The position numbers were made by a program, and so were the translations under genes. The notes under the pieces are model-generated. The model was not told the DNA's origin, made no database searches, and worked only from the letters and a program-made list of their open reading frames with translations. A stretch of DNA of 64,000 nt from Acholeplasmataceae bacterium (GTDB lineage Bacteria > Bacillota_I > Bacilli_A > Acholeplasmatales > Acholeplasmataceae), in the NCBI GenBank assembly GCA_963675245.1, contig OY775910.1, positions 448,001-512,000 on the forward strand, in the 5' to 3' direction. The number at the start of each line of letters is the position of its first letter. The first letter of the stretch is position 1. Of the stretch, positions 47,601-58,567 are shown piece by piece.

Positions 47601-48785
47601 TTATTCAGTAATCTTAACAACTGAACCAGCACCAACAGTACGTCCGCCTTCACGAATTGAGAACTTAGTTCCTTCTTCTAAAGCGATTGGGTGGATCAAT
47701 TCAACGTTCATCACAGTGTTATCACCAGGCATAACCATTTCTGTGCCAGCTGGTAATGTAATCACACCAGTAATGTCTGTTGTATGGAAATAGAATTGTG
47801 GGCGGTAGTTTGAGAAGAATGCAGTGTGACGACCACCTTCTTCTTTTGATAAGACGTAAACTTGTGCTTCAAACTTGAAGTGTGGGTTAACGCTCTTTGG
47901 TTTAGCTAATACTTGTCCACGTTCTACTTGTTCACGGCTGACACCTCTTAATAAGGCACCGATGTTGTCACCAGCTTCTGCATAGTCAAGAAGCTTTCTG
48001 AACATTTCAACACCAGTTACAACTGTGCTCTTTGTTTCGTGAATACCAACGATTTCAACGTTGTCACCGACTTTTAATTGACCACGGTCAACACGTCCAG
48101 TAGCAACTGTACCACGTCCTGTGATTGTGAAAACGTCTTCGACTGGCATTAAGAAAGGCTTGTCAGTTTCACGTTTTGGTGTGTCGATATATTCATCAAC
48201 AGCAGTCATTAATTCTTCGATTGATGCAATCCATTTTGCATCACCGTTTAATGCACCAAGTGCAGAACCACGGATAACAGGTACGTCATCGCCTGGGAAG
48301 TCATATTCTGATAATAATTCACGAACTTCCATTTCAACTAAATCTAATAATTCATCATCGTCAACCATATCTGATTTGTTTAAATAAACAACCATCTTAG
48401 GTACACCAACTTGACCAGCAAGTAAGATGTGTTCGCGTGTTTGTGGCATAGGGCCATCAGCAGCTGAAACAACGAGGATCGCTCCGTCCATTTGAGCAGC
48501 ACCAGTGATCATGTTTTTAACGTAGTCAGCGTGACCTGGGCAGTCAACGTGCGCATAGTGACGGTTTTCAGTTTCGTATTCTACGTGCGCAGTGTTAATT
48601 GTAATACCGCGTTCCTTTTCTTCTGGAGCGCTGTCGATTGACGCGTAGTCTTTGATTTGAGCAAGACCTTTACCAGCAAGTACTGTAGTGATTGCTGCAG
48701 TTAGCGTCGTTTTACCATGGTCAACGTGGCCAATTGTACCAATGTTAACATGTGGTTTGGTTCTTTCAAACTTTTGTTTTGCCAT
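47601..48785 (-). CDS. tuf: Elongation factor Tu
   Basis: [28 protein letters not shown]. Confidence 0.99.
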   Translation of the reverse strand: MAKQKFERTKPHVNIGTIGHVDHGKTTLTAAITTVLAGKGLAQIKDYASIDSAPEEKERGITINTAHVEYETENRHYAHVDCPGHADYVKNMITGAAQMDGAILVVSAADGPMPQTREHILLAGQVGVPKMVVYLNKSDMVDDDELLDLVEMEVRELLSEYDFPGDDVPVIRGSALGALNGDAKWIASIEELMTAVDEYIDTPKRETDKPFLMPVEDVFTITGRGTVATGRVDRGQLKVGDNVEIVGIHETKSTVVTGVEMFRKLLDYAEAGDNIGALLRGVSREQVERGQVLAKPKSVNPHFKFEAQVYVLSKEEGGRHTAFFSNYRPQFYFHTTDITGVITLPAGTEMVMPGDNTVMNVELIHPIALEEGTKFSIREGGRTVGAGSVVKITE

Positions 48786-48847
48786 TTTAATGGTTCCTCC
48801 TAAATTGTTTTATATCGAGTATTTTTATAGTATTTTTTTACATACAT

Positions 48848-48876
48848 ATTGTATATGATAAACTTGTTTTTTGCAA
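48848..48876 (-). promoter_or_regulatory. Internal tuf promoter
   Basis: TTGCAA-17 nt-TACAAT in the fusA-tuf spacer. Confidence 0.6.
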
Positions 48877-48886
48877 GCAAGTACGA

Positions 48887-50959
48887 TTAATTCGTACCAC
48901 GTTTCTTCATTATTTCTTCCATAATAGACTTAGGTGTCTTATCATAGTGAGAAAATTGCATAACGAAGTTTGCACGACCTTGCGTATTTGATCTTAAGCT
49001 TGTCGCGTATCCGAACATTTCAGCTAGTGGTACTAACCCTCTGATTGCGATGGCGTTTCCGCGTGTTTCTTGACTTTCAAGATGTCCACGACGCGATGTA
49101 ATGTCGCCGATAACGTTACCTACATAATCATTTGGCGTAACTACTTCAACGTCCATGATTGGTTCTAGAAGCACTGGATTACCTTTGCTCTTTAATTCTT
49201 TTAAAGCCATTGAAGCAGCAATCTTAAATGCCATTTCTGAGGAGTCAACTTCATGGTATGAACCGAACTTAAGCGTAGCTTTTAAGTCGATGACTGGATA
49301 ACCAGCAATAATACCATTTGGAAGTGATTCTTCAATACCTTTTTGAACGCCAGGAATGTATTCTCTAGGAATAACACCACCAACGATTTTATCCACAAAC
49401 TCAAATCCTTTACCAGGGTTTGGTTCAAAGTTGATGACGACATGTCCATATTGACCACGACCACCAGATTGGCGAACGAATTTAGATTCAATTTCAGCAT
49501 CTGTATCAATTGTTTCACGATAGCTTACTTGTGGTTGAGCAACGTTAGCTTCCACTTTGAATTCACGTTTCATTCTATCAACGATAATGTCAAGGTGTAA
49601 TTCACCCATACCGGCAATAATCGTTTGACCTGTTTCATGATCAGTAAATGTTCTAAATGTTGGATCTTCTTCAGCTAATTTAACGAGCGCGACATTCATC
49701 TTGTCTTGGTCTTGTTTTGTCTTAGGTTCGATTGCTACGTTAATAACTGGTTCAGGGAAGACCATAGATTCAAGAATAATATCACCACCAACAACTGTTA
49801 GTGTGTCGCCTGTTGTTGTGTTCTTTAAACCAACAACAGCTGCGATGTCTCCTGCATAAATCTCTTTGATTTCTTCACGGGAGTTCGCATGCATTTGCAA
49901 AATACGTCCGAATCTTTCTTTTTGGTCCTTATTGGTGTTCATCACATATGAACCTGCATCAATATGTCCTGAATAGACTCTGAAGAACGTTAAACGTCCA
50001 ACATAAGGGTCTGTCATCACTTTAAATGCTAATGCTGTGAATGGTTCATTGTCATTTGGATGACATTCAACTTCTTCACCATCATCATTATGTCCCACTG
50101 TAGCTACGACATCCGTAGGTGCAGGTAGGTAACTGATGACTGCATCAAGCATTAACTTGACACCTTTGTTTTTAAATGCAGTACCACAGATGACCGGGAA
50201 GAACTTAACAGCTAGTGTTCCTTTACGGATTGCTGCTCTAATTTGATCATTAGAGATGTCTTCACCTTCTAAGAATGCGATCATGATGTCTTCATCGAAA
50301 TCTGCAACAGCTTCAACGAGTTCCATTCTCTTTTCTTCAACGATGTCAACTAAGTTAGCAGGAATCTCAATTTCAACTGCATCCTCACCTGGTTCACCAT
50401 CATAGTGATATGCTTTTCTTTCAATAATATCGATAATGCCATCAAATTCAGCTTCAGCGCCAATGGGCCATTGAACAGGCACAGCTTTAACACCTAAGCG
50501 ATTATGTATTGTTTGAATAGAGTGAGCAAAATCAGCACCGATTTTGTCCATTTTATTAATAAATACAATACGTGGAACTTTATATTCTGTTGCTTGACGC
50601 CAAACAGTTTCTGTCTGTGGTTCAACACCAGCTTGGGCATCAAGTACCGTAACAGCACCATCTAGTACACGTAGTGAACGTGATACTTCAACGGTGAAGT
50701 CGACGTGACCAGGTGTGTCGATAATGTTGACTTTGTGGTCTTTCCAATATGCTGTCGTTGCTGCTGATGTAATGGTAATACCACGTTCCTGTTCTTGCGC
50801 CATCCAATCCATTGTTGCAGCACCTTCATGTACTTCACCAATTTTATGGATTTTACCAGTGTGATATAAAATTCTTTCTGTCGTTGTCGTTTTACCAGCA
50901 TCAATGTGCGCCATGATACCGATATTACGAACTCTGTTAAGCGGGTATAGACGAGGCAT
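48887..50959 (-). CDS. fusA: Elongation factor G
   Basis: [24 protein letters not shown]. Confidence 0.99.
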   Translation of the reverse strand: MPRLYPLNRVRNIGIMAHIDAGKTTTTERILYHTGKIHKIGEVHEGAATMDWMAQEQERGITITSAATTAYWKDHKVNIIDTPGHVDFTVEVSRSLRVLDGAVTVLDAQAGVEPQTETVWRQATEYKVPRIVFINKMDKIGADFAHSIQTIHNRLGVKAVPVQWPIGAEAEFDGIIDIIERKAYHYDGEPGEDAVEIEIPANLVDIVEEKRMELVEAVADFDEDIMIAFLEGEDISNDQIRAAIRKGTLAVKFFPVICGTAFKNKGVKLMLDAVISYLPAPTDVVATVGHNDDGEEVECHPNDNEPFTALAFKVMTDPYVGRLTFFRVYSGHIDAGSYVMNTNKDQKERFGRILQMHANSREEIKEIYAGDIAAVVGLKNTTTGDTLTVVGGDIILESMVFPEPVINVAIEPKTKQDQDKMNVALVKLAEEDPTFRTFTDHETGQTIIAGMGELHLDIIVDRMKREFKVEANVAQPQVSYRETIDTDAEIESKFVRQSGGRGQYGHVVINFEPNPGKGFEFVDKIVGGVIPREYIPGVQKGIEESLPNGIIAGYPVIDLKATLKFGSYHEVDSSEMAFKIAASMALKELKSKGNPVLLEPIMDVEVVTPNDYVGNVIGDITSRRGHLESQETRGNAIAIRGLVPLAEMFGYATSLRSNTQGRANFVMQFSHYDKTPKSIMEEIMKKRGTN

Positions 50960-50970
50960 GATAATTCCTC

Positions 50971-51441
50971 CTACCAGCGATAGTGAGCGAATGCTTTATT
51001 CGCTTCAGCCATGCGGTGCACGTCTTCGCGCTTTTTCACTGCTGCACCTTGTCCTTGAGATGCTTCAATGATCTCTTTTGCAAGTTTTTCTTCCATGGTT
51101 TTCTCATGACGAAGTCTTGCATAATTGATAAGCCATCTTAAACCTAATGTTGTTTTACGTGAAGGTCTGACTTCAACTGGTACTTGGTAGTTTTGACCAC
51201 CAATACGGCGTGAACGGACTTCTAATACAGGCATAATGTTATTTAAGGCTTCATTAAATACTTCAATTGGTTCGCGTCCTGTTACTTCTTTGACACGATT
51301 AAAAGCACCATATAAGATACTTTGAGCTGTTCCTTTTTTACCATCTAACATAATTGTATTTACGATTCTTGTTACAAGTTTTGATTGGTAAATTGGATCA
51401 GGTAATACGTCGCGTTTTGCGATATGTCCTTTACGAGGCAT
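50971..51441 (-). CDS. rpsG: 30S ribosomal protein S7
   Basis: MPRKG...[13 protein letters not shown]. Confidence 0.99.
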   Translation of the reverse strand: MPRKGHIAKRDVLPDPIYQSKLVTRIVNTIMLDGKKGTAQSILYGAFNRVKEVTGREPIEVFNEALNNIMPVLEVRSRRIGGQNYQVPVEVRPSRKTTLGLRWLINYARLRHEKTMEEKLAKEIIEASQGQGAAVKKREDVHRMAEANKAFAHYRW

Positions 51442-51482
51442 GGTTTCACCTTCTTCCTTTCAAATGATATGTCAATCTTGAA

Positions 51483-51899
51483 TTATTTTTTCTTTGGTCT
51501 CTTAGTACCATACTTGGAACGTGCTTGTTCACGGTTTTGAACACCTGAAGCATCAAGTGTGCCACGAACGATATGATAACGTACACCAGGTAAGTCTTTT
51601 ACACGTCCACCACGGATTAAGACGACACTGTGTTCTTGAAGTGAATGTCCAATACCTGGGATGTATGCTGTAACTTCTGTTTGATTTGATAAACGAACAC
51701 GTGCATATTTACGTAATGCTGAGTTTGGTTTCTTAGGTGTCATGGTTGTAACACGTGTACATACACCACGTTTTTGTGGGGAGCTATAAACAGATATTTC
51801 TTTTTCTTTAGAATTGTATCCGTAGCCTAAAGCTGGTGACTTTGACTTATAGTTTTTTGTTGATCTTCCTTTTTTTACTAACTGTTGAATAGTAGGCAT
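51483..51899 (-). CDS. rpsL: 30S ribosomal protein S12
   Basis: [20 protein letters not shown]. Confidence 0.99.
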   Translation of the reverse strand: MPTIQQLVKKGRSTKNYKSKSPALGYGYNSKEKEISVYSSPQKRGVCTRVTTMTPKKPNSALRKYARVRLSNQTEVTAYIPGIGHSLQEHSVVLIRGGRVKDLPGVRYHIVRGTLDASGVQNREQARSKYGTKRPKKK

Positions 51900-52022
51900 A
51901 TCAAGCGGTTCTCCTTTCTTTCACACATATCCATGTGTTTCTTTTTTCTGTCTCAAAATTTTTTTTGGCTTAACAAAGCCAATTTAATGATTTAACTTAC
52001 GTGCAAATTGCACAGCGTTTTT

Positions 52023-52051
52023 ATTATATAATAAAGGGGTGTTATTGTCAA
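52023..52051 (-). promoter_or_regulatory. SigA promoter of the str operon
   Basis: TTGACA-17 nt-TATAAT on the minus strand. Confidence 0.8.
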
Positions 52052-52094
52052 CATTTTTTGATTTAATTTTCGTATTTTTTTAATTTACCTTTCA

Positions 52095-52123
52095 TTGACA
52101 AAACCCTTATATCACTTTATAAT
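52095..52123 (+). promoter_or_regulatory. SigA promoter of the lipoprotein operon
   Basis: TTGACA-17 nt-TATAAT. Confidence 0.8.
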
Positions 52124-52162
52124 TGAATTACATAAGGGGTCATATCATAGAGGAGCGTTACA

Positions 52163-53038
52163 ATGATAAAAAAAATATTAGTAACAGCATTTGCATTTCT
52201 GGTGTCACTATTGTTAGTTGCTTGTGATCATTTAGCCACAAACCCTAATGATTTTACGAATTGGCTGGATTCAAATGACGCTACAGATTTAAATAATGAT
52301 GACGTCATTGATGAAACAGATTATTCATTATTCCTTCTTTTGAATGATTACACCCTGTGGTTAAATTCAGATGATGCTGCGGATTTTAATGACGACCGTG
52401 TGATTAATGAAGATGATTATGTGTTGTATCGTCTACAAAACAGCTATACTTATTGGTTATCGTCAAGTGAAGCTGCTGATTTAAACAATGATGACATCAT
52501 TGATGAAGACGATTATGATTTATATCTATATCCCACCATCAGTGACTATAGCATGTGGCGCGATACATTAGACGCGATGGATCTCAATGATGACCAAGTC
52601 GTTGATGAAGACGATTATGCAATCTATTTAACATATCTTGAATTCGCTGGTGATTATGAGATTACAAATTTCTCATATACTGGATTAGCAAATGATTATA
52701 TTGGCGATTATATCTTTTTAGTTGATTTTGAAGACTATCTATCTGATATCACAATTACTGTAGATCATGCAGGTCAAGTTTCCACCACATTATCAAATGC
52801 ACTTATAGATAAACTGGATTATACCTATAGTATTATCTTAGAGGCTTTATCCAATATGACTATTACCAAGTTGTCAGCAAGTTTAGTTGCGATTGATACT
52901 GCTACTACCATTGATAGTTTAACCGTTAATTTCTCACTCTATTTAACACCGATTGAGGGTGGCTTTTCAACTTCTTATACCATCAGTGCCTATGAAACAA
53001 ATCCCGTAATGACATTCAATTTAATGAAGGTATCGTAA
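52163..53038 (+). CDS. Lipoprotein with four EF-hand/dockerin-like Ca-binding repeats
   Basis: LVAC lipobox; 4 copies of about YxxWLxSxDAxDLNxDxVIDExDY. Confidence 0.75.
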   Translation: MIKKILVTAFAFLVSLLLVACDHLATNPNDFTNWLDSNDATDLNNDDVIDETDYSLFLLLNDYTLWLNSDDAADFNDDRVINEDDYVLYRLQNSYTYWLSSSEAADLNNDDIIDEDDYDLYLYPTISDYSMWRDTLDAMDLNDDQVVDEDDYAIYLTYLEFAGDYEITNFSYTGLANDYIGDYIFLVDFEDYLSDITITVDHAGQVSTTLSNALIDKLDYTYSIILEALSNMTITKLSASLVAIDTATTIDSLTVNFSLYLTPIEGGFSTSYTISAYETNPVMTFNLMKVS

Positions 53039-53628
53039 TGAGCGTTAAACCAATTGAAACGAATATCAATATTTTGTGGGTTAAAACGATACTTTATGCA
53101 TTCATTTTGGTTTTAGTGATTGTAAGTGTCATCTTAATACCTAAAGTGATATTTAAACGTGATGCTGCTACAACCTACGCGATATCTTTGGCAAGCACTG
53201 ATGACGTTAATCTTCTTCTTTACGATTATGATGTTTATGCCACTACGACACGTTTTAACGAAGGATTGATTGCAGCTGTAGACATTGTAAAACAAGCATT
53301 TGATGAGAGAAATGAAGTCTTAGCAATTAAAGTTTATGGTGAAACAAAAACCATTGAGCGACGAAATGATTATATTTATATCACAGATCCAAACACATTA
53401 ATGTTAAATATAGAATATTATCTGGTAAAAGATGTTGCGCTAAATGATATCACCATTCCAGCTAGAACATTCATTATGTTATTTGATGATATTGCACCTA
53501 TTATAAATGGCATTTACATTGGATTATATACAATCGTCTTCATAAGTATTTTTACACCTTTTACGATTAAAGTAACGAGACAATCATTATATCTATATAA
53601 CTATTATCAAACAGAAAAAAGCGAATAA
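53038..53628 (+). CDS. Hypothetical membrane protein (2 TM)
   Basis: Hydrophobic N- and C-terminal segments; TAATG coupling to the upstream gene. Confidence 0.6.
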   Translation: MSVKPIETNINILWVKTILYAFILVLVIVSVILIPKVIFKRDAATTYAISLASTDDVNLLLYDYDVYATTTRFNEGLIAAVDIVKQAFDERNEVLAIKVYGETKTIERRNDYIYITDPNTLMLNIEYYLVKDVALNDITIPARTFIMLFDDIAPIINGIYIGLYTIVFISIFTPFTIKVTRQSLYLYNYYQTEKSE

Positions 53629-53686
53629 TCGCTTTTTTTATTAAAAGAAAAAGGAAAAATGCCACTGCTGAGCAATGGCATTTTAT
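53615..53686. terminator. Pair of terminators between convergent genes
   Basis: AAAAAAGCGA-ATAA-TCGCTTTTTT and AAAATGCCA...TGGCATTTT. Confidence 0.7.
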
Positions 53687-53709
53687 GTTTTTTTACTAGT
53701 TTATCTCAA

Positions 53710-54912
53710 TTATTTGTATAGATCGAAATCAATATTTGAGAATGTTGATGTAGTTTCATCTTTATAACCTGTAGCGAAAATGAGGTCATAAGTTGCTTGT
53801 GGTGTGCTAGCAAGTAATACGTCGATTGGTGAGTATGCTGTATCAGCACCATCAATTGAAGGACCACTTGATAAACCTTCTAGACCGTCAACGCCATCAA
53901 CGATATTCTTAGCGATTGCTACTGAGTCAGCACATAATTTAGATGTGTCTTTGAAGACTGTCATTGTTTGTGTGCCTTTACCATTAACTTCATCACCCAT
54001 TAAGCTTGCTAATGCAACGTCAGAAGCATCTTGACCTGTTGTCCAATATGCTGAATAAGGTGTTGTCATCAATGCAAATTGTTGACGAATAGCAGCTGAT
54101 GTATCATCATTTGGAGCAAGTACGAATACATCATCAGATGGATCAGTAATGTTTGTTTCTGCCCAAGTAACTAAAGCAGCAGCTTTTTCTTCAGCAGTTT
54201 GTGCATTCCAGTCAGTGTCTATTGGAAGCATTGCAGCTTGAAGAGCAGTTTTAGCAGCTTCGTTAAATGTCGCTTCAGTATAAAGTGCTAAACCTTCAAA
54301 TGGTGCTGGGTTTTGGTTAATAATACGGAACATATCTAAGTGTGGTTGAATTTCTTCCATTGCACCACCAAAGAAATATGTAGCGTTTGGCCAGTCAGCA
54401 ACACGACCAGCAAATAATGCTAAGTCAGCTTTATTAGTTGATGAATAACCTTCAGCGATTGCCATGTCAACTAAGTGTTTACCCATAGCTTTACCAACAT
54501 TCCAACTGTTGAATGTTGTATAGTAGTCAGCGTGAATATCTGCATCTTTCTTAGCCATACGGTCATGAGCGATTAGAATAACACCTTCATCGTTACATAA
54601 TTGTGCTACACCAGCACCTGAACCTTCTGCAGTTAAGATAATAACTTCAGCGCCTCTAGCGATAAGTGCTTCAGCATTAGCAACTTCTTTAGATTCGTCG
54701 CCTTCTGAGAATAGAATATCATATTCATATCCTGCACCTAATGCATCAAGTTCTTCTTCAAAGAAACGACCATCTTGGTTAGCCCAACGTTCTTCAGAAG
54801 CATCTGGTAAAATGACACCAATCTTAATGCTGTTTCCTGAACAGCTTGCCAGCGTAATTGATAACGCTGCAAATGCAACTAGCAATAAAACAGATAAAAC
54901 TCTTTTTTTCAT
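53710..54912 (-). CDS. Sugar ABC transporter substrate-binding lipoprotein (XylF/ChvE-like)
   Basis: LASC lipobox, ERW..D, IAHDR, LAPND, TGQD, MTVFKD. Confidence 0.85.
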   Translation of the reverse strand: MKKRVLSVLLLVAFAALSITLASCSGNSIKIGVILPDASEERWANQDGRFFEEELDALGAGYEYDILFSEGDESKEVANAEALIARGAEVIILTAEGSGAGVAQLCNDEGVILIAHDRMAKKDADIHADYYTTFNSWNVGKAMGKHLVDMAIAEGYSSTNKADLALFAGRVADWPNATYFFGGAMEEIQPHLDMFRIINQNPAPFEGLALYTEATFNEAAKTALQAAMLPIDTDWNAQTAEEKAAALVTWAETNITDPSDDVFVLAPNDDTSAAIRQQFALMTTPYSAYWTTGQDASDVALASLMGDEVNGKGTQTMTVFKDTSKLCADSVAIAKNIVDGVDGLEGLSSGPSIDGADTAYSPIDVLLASTPQATYDLIFATGYKDETTSTFSNIDFDLYK

Positions 54913-54967
54913 TTTTAACTCCCTCTCTTTCTATGTGATAAAGGTACAATTATACCTGAATCCCTAA

Positions 54968-57025
54968 TTAAACAAAATCTTCTTCTTTAGAACCACGAAT
55001 CATATCTTTAATACGTTTGAGTTGTCCTTCTGCATTCATATGACGATATTCGTAATCAATAAGGTTTTCTGCAGCTTCTTTTTTAGCAGCACGTAATTCT
55101 TTACGTGTCTGTTTAAACGCCATCCTAGCTTCAATTAGTCGATCCTTATTATCAACTTTCGCCATATAGACGCCAACCATGTCAACCGTTCTGACATTTC
55201 TAGTGTAAATATCAAAGACAACAGCTAGTAATAATACACTACCTAATACAACAGGTTCAATATTTGAATCGAATCCTGCTAACGCCATACCATTCTTCAA
55301 ACTCATGATAACTACTGCACCAACTACTGAGTTAACTATCTTACCAGATCCACCTTCAGCGGATGTACCACCAATGAAGGCAGCAGCAATCGCGTATAAT
55401 TCCCAGAATGGTCCATGGTTTGGTGAAGTGTTTTGTGTTCTTGTGACATACATAACCCCTGAAATCATCGCTAATATACCCATGCTAACCATAACGAAAA
55501 TAATGATTTTCGCAACGCTTATACCAGATAATTCAGCCGCTTCAGGATTACCACCAACAGCGAACACACGTCTACCAATAACTGTTTGTGTTGTCAAGAA
55601 TACATAAACGATAACGACAACGATTGTGATTAATAGTAGATATGAAATACCACGGAATGCTGCTAGCGTATATGTTAACCAAACGATAATACCTGACATA
55701 ACAAGAAGTTTTGTCATGAAGATTGGTATACCTTCAAGTCTTAAACCTAATTTTTGTTTCTTTTGTCTTCCTCTTATAAAGCTATAGATAACTGCGATTA
55801 ATAAGATCATACCAACTTCAACAGTTAATAAGTTGAAGTTACCAAGTGCGATTTGTTGACCAAGCCATCCAGTGATTAATGAGAATCCCAGCACAAAGGC
55901 GACCACAACAAGACTGCCAACCACTTTAGTAATAAAAATAATCACGTTTAATACTTTATCAATAAAGTTACTCTCAGTGTCACCTTTTGGCTTGTTAATT
56001 TCAATAACAAGACCAGGAATAATAATTGCGTAAGCTAACACAATACCAATTTTCTTTAATACGACGCTAACAAATGAATCGATTTGATCATTTTGTTTTG
56101 CATATACTTTATGAAGTGCATATAAGAGACCAACAATCACAAGTATTTCAAAGATTAAACCATAGATACCTATATTAGCTACGTTCATTGGATGAATAAC
56201 CACATACGCAAGTATTAATGTAACAATACCGACCATTGCTGTAATAACAACTGATCTAAATAAGAATATTAGAATTGCTTTATAATGTTTGAACCATTTA
56301 AGTAAAATGACATATAACACACTCTTTACGATAACTTTAACAACATCTTTAACAATGGTCCACCAAGAGACAGATTCCTTCACTTCTATTTTTTGTTTAT
56401 CATCCGTCACTGGTGCTCTTTTTTTGCCATATTTGAAAATCAAATATAAAGCAGCAATTGCGCCAAATATAATCATAGTAGCATCAAACGGTCCCCAAGA
56501 GGTTGAGGTTAAGTATTCAATACCAATGCGATTAAAAAATGTATTAGCTGTTGGTATCGTTCTCGTGTTTGTTTCTAACATGAGTAATCCTTTGAAGATA
56601 AACATCCCTGCGAGGGTAACAACAAATGCGGGTACATGAAGTTTCGCTACAGCAAATCCTTTAATAATACCAACGAAAATAGCGATAACCAGTGCACCCA
56701 GTAACGCTACACCAATGGATTGACCGTTAACTTCAACTGATACCACCACATATGCTCCCATGAATGCCCCTAAATACCCAACGGAGAGGTCAATCATCCT
56801 CGTAACAATAACGAGTGTCATCCCAACCGCTAGAACTGCAACATATGCTGTTTGATCTAATAGATTACTAAAGTTTCTTGGTTGTAAGAATAAACCACCT
56901 GTCATTATTGAGAAGGCAATCGCGATTACGATGAACGCGATGTACATCCCATAATCTCTAATATTTGATCGAATCATCGACCATACTGTAAGGAAATACT
57001 TTTTAATAGGGTGTATTTGTTTCAT
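54968..57025 (-). CDS. Sugar ABC permease (XylH/GguB-like), enlarged
   Basis: IDLSVG, VPAFVVTLAGM, GRRVFAVGGNPEAAELSGI, ELYAIAAAFIGG; about 200 extra internal residues. Confidence 0.88.
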   Translation of the reverse strand: MKQIHPIKKYFLTVWSMIRSNIRDYGMYIAFIVIAIAFSIMTGGLFLQPRNFSNLLDQTAYVAVLAVGMTLVIVTRMIDLSVGYLGAFMGAYVVVSVEVNGQSIGVALLGALVIAIFVGIIKGFAVAKLHVPAFVVTLAGMFIFKGLLMLETNTRTIPTANTFFNRIGIEYLTSTSWGPFDATMIIFGAIAALYLIFKYGKKRAPVTDDKQKIEVKESVSWWTIVKDVVKVIVKSVLYVILLKWFKHYKAILIFLFRSVVITAMVGIVTLILAYVVIHPMNVANIGIYGLIFEILVIVGLLYALHKVYAKQNDQIDSFVSVVLKKIGIVLAYAIIIPGLVIEINKPKGDTESNFIDKVLNVIIFITKVVGSLVVVAFVLGFSLITGWLGQQIALGNFNLLTVEVGMILLIAVIYSFIRGRQKKQKLGLRLEGIPIFMTKLLVMSGIIVWLTYTLAAFRGISYLLLITIVVVIVYVFLTTQTVIGRRVFAVGGNPEAAELSGISVAKIIIFVMVSMGILAMISGVMYVTRTQNTSPNHGPFWELYAIAAAFIGGTSAEGGSGKIVNSVVGAVVIMSLKNGMALAGFDSNIEPVVLGSVLLLAVVFDIYTRNVRTVDMVGVYMAKVDNKDRLIEARMAFKQTRKELRAAKKEAAENLIDYEYRHMNAEGQLKRIKDMIRGSKEEDFV

Positions 57026-57028
57026 TGT

Positions 57029-58549
57029 CTATACCGTCGCTTTCTCCATAATTTTCTCAGGGGTTGCTTCTGAAATATCAAATTCTGCTGTTTGGACACC
57101 TTCTGCAATGACATATATACGATCACACATGCCAAGTACTTCAGGTAGTTCCGAAGAAATCATCACAATACTCATCCCTTTAGCAATGAGTTCATTAATG
57201 ATGGTATACATTTCGAACTTAGCACCAACATCGATTCCTCTTGTCGGTTCATCTAAGAACAAGATTTCCGGTTCTGCACAAAGCCATTTACCCACCTGAA
57301 CTTTTTGTTGGTTCCCACCACTTAGATTTTTAACGGTTTGAAATATTGATGGTGTTCTAATCCCTAACTCATCAACATATTTATTTGTTAATTTATCCAT
57401 TTCTGAAAATTTGATAACACCTGTTCTTGATATTCTATTGAGTGCGGCTAATGTAACGTTTTGGCTGATGGTTTCTTTTAAGATTAAACCATTTCCTTTT
57501 CTATCTTCAGACACATAAGCAATCCCATTTTTGATGGCTTTACTTGGTGTATTGAATTTTACTGGTTTACCAAACGCTACAATATTACCTGATAATTTAT
57601 ATTTAGGTGTATTACCAAAAATAGATAATGCGAGTTCAGTTCGGCCAGCACCCATTAGTCCAGAAATACCAACGACTTCACCGCGTCTTACTTTAATGTT
57701 GATATCTGTTAAGATATTTCTACTCTTTTCAGGATCAAATGCTGTCCAGTGAATCGTTTCAAACACCACATCTTGAGGCACATATTTTGGTCGTTTTGGG
57801 AAAATATCCTCAATTTCACGACCGACCATATGACGAATGATTTCTGCTTCATTAATATCCGCTTTTTCCATTCGTTTCACTGTCTTACCATCTCTCAAGA
57901 TGGTTAAGGAATCTGCAGCGACTTCAACCTCTTTCAATTTGTGAGAAATCATAATAGATGTAATACCATCCTTCTTAAGTCCCTTGAGTAGGTTTAGGAG
58001 GTTTTCACTATCATCTTCGTTTAACGCGGATGTTGGTTCATCTAGAATGAGTAATTTAACATTATGTGCTAATGCTTTAGCGATTTCAATGAGTTGTTGT
58101 TTACCAACTGATAATTTACCAACAATTTCATGAATGTCAATTTCCAATCCCACCATGTCTAAATACTTTTTAGCCAAAGCTTGGGTTTCATTCCAATCCA
58201 TCAACATTTGACCACGTCGTTTTTCATTTCCCACAAAAATATTTTCATAAATAGATAAGTTAGGGAATAGTGCGAGTTCCTGGTTAATAATGACAATACC
58301 ACAACCTGTTGAGTCTTTTGTCCCATGAAAATGTCTAATCTCATGATCGAAAATAATGTCGCCATTAAAAGACCCTGAAGGATGGATACCTGATAATACT
58401 TTAACGAGTGTCGATTTACCTGCACCGTTTTCACCAACGATGAAATGAATTTCATTTTCACGAACATTCAAATTTACATCATCAAGTGCTACAACACCAG
58501 GGAATGTTTTTGTTATACCTTGCATAACGAGTAAGTCTTTTTGTTCCAT
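57029..58549 (-). CDS. Sugar ABC ATP-binding protein (XylG/GguA-like)
   Basis: GENGAGKST, LILDEPT, LSGGNQQK, DEPTRGIDVG. Confidence 0.93.
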   Translation of the reverse strand: MEQKDLLVMQGITKTFPGVVALDDVNLNVRENEIHFIVGENGAGKSTLVKVLSGIHPSGSFNGDIIFDHEIRHFHGTKDSTGCGIVIINQELALFPNLSIYENIFVGNEKRRGQMLMDWNETQALAKKYLDMVGLEIDIHEIVGKLSVGKQQLIEIAKALAHNVKLLILDEPTSALNEDDSENLLNLLKGLKKDGITSIMISHKLKEVEVAADSLTILRDGKTVKRMEKADINEAEIIRHMVGREIEDIFPKRPKYVPQDVVFETIHWTAFDPEKSRNILTDINIKVRRGEVVGISGLMGAGRTELALSIFGNTPKYKLSGNIVAFGKPVKFNTPSKAIKNGIAYVSEDRKGNGLILKETISQNVTLAALNRISRTGVIKFSEMDKLTNKYVDELGIRTPSIFQTVKNLSGGNQQKVQVGKWLCAEPEILFLDEPTRGIDVGAKFEMYTIINELIAKGMSIVMISSELPEVLGMCDRIYVIAEGVQTAEFDISEATPEKIMEKATV

Positions 58550-58567
58550 AGTTTGCCTTTCTCGTAA

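Noticed and set aside
52250..52630. Roughly 93-nt periodic sequence as a CRISPR array or DNA repeat
   Set aside because: The repeats are degenerate at DNA level, in frame and conserved as protein; there are no identical repeats with unique spacers and no cas genes.
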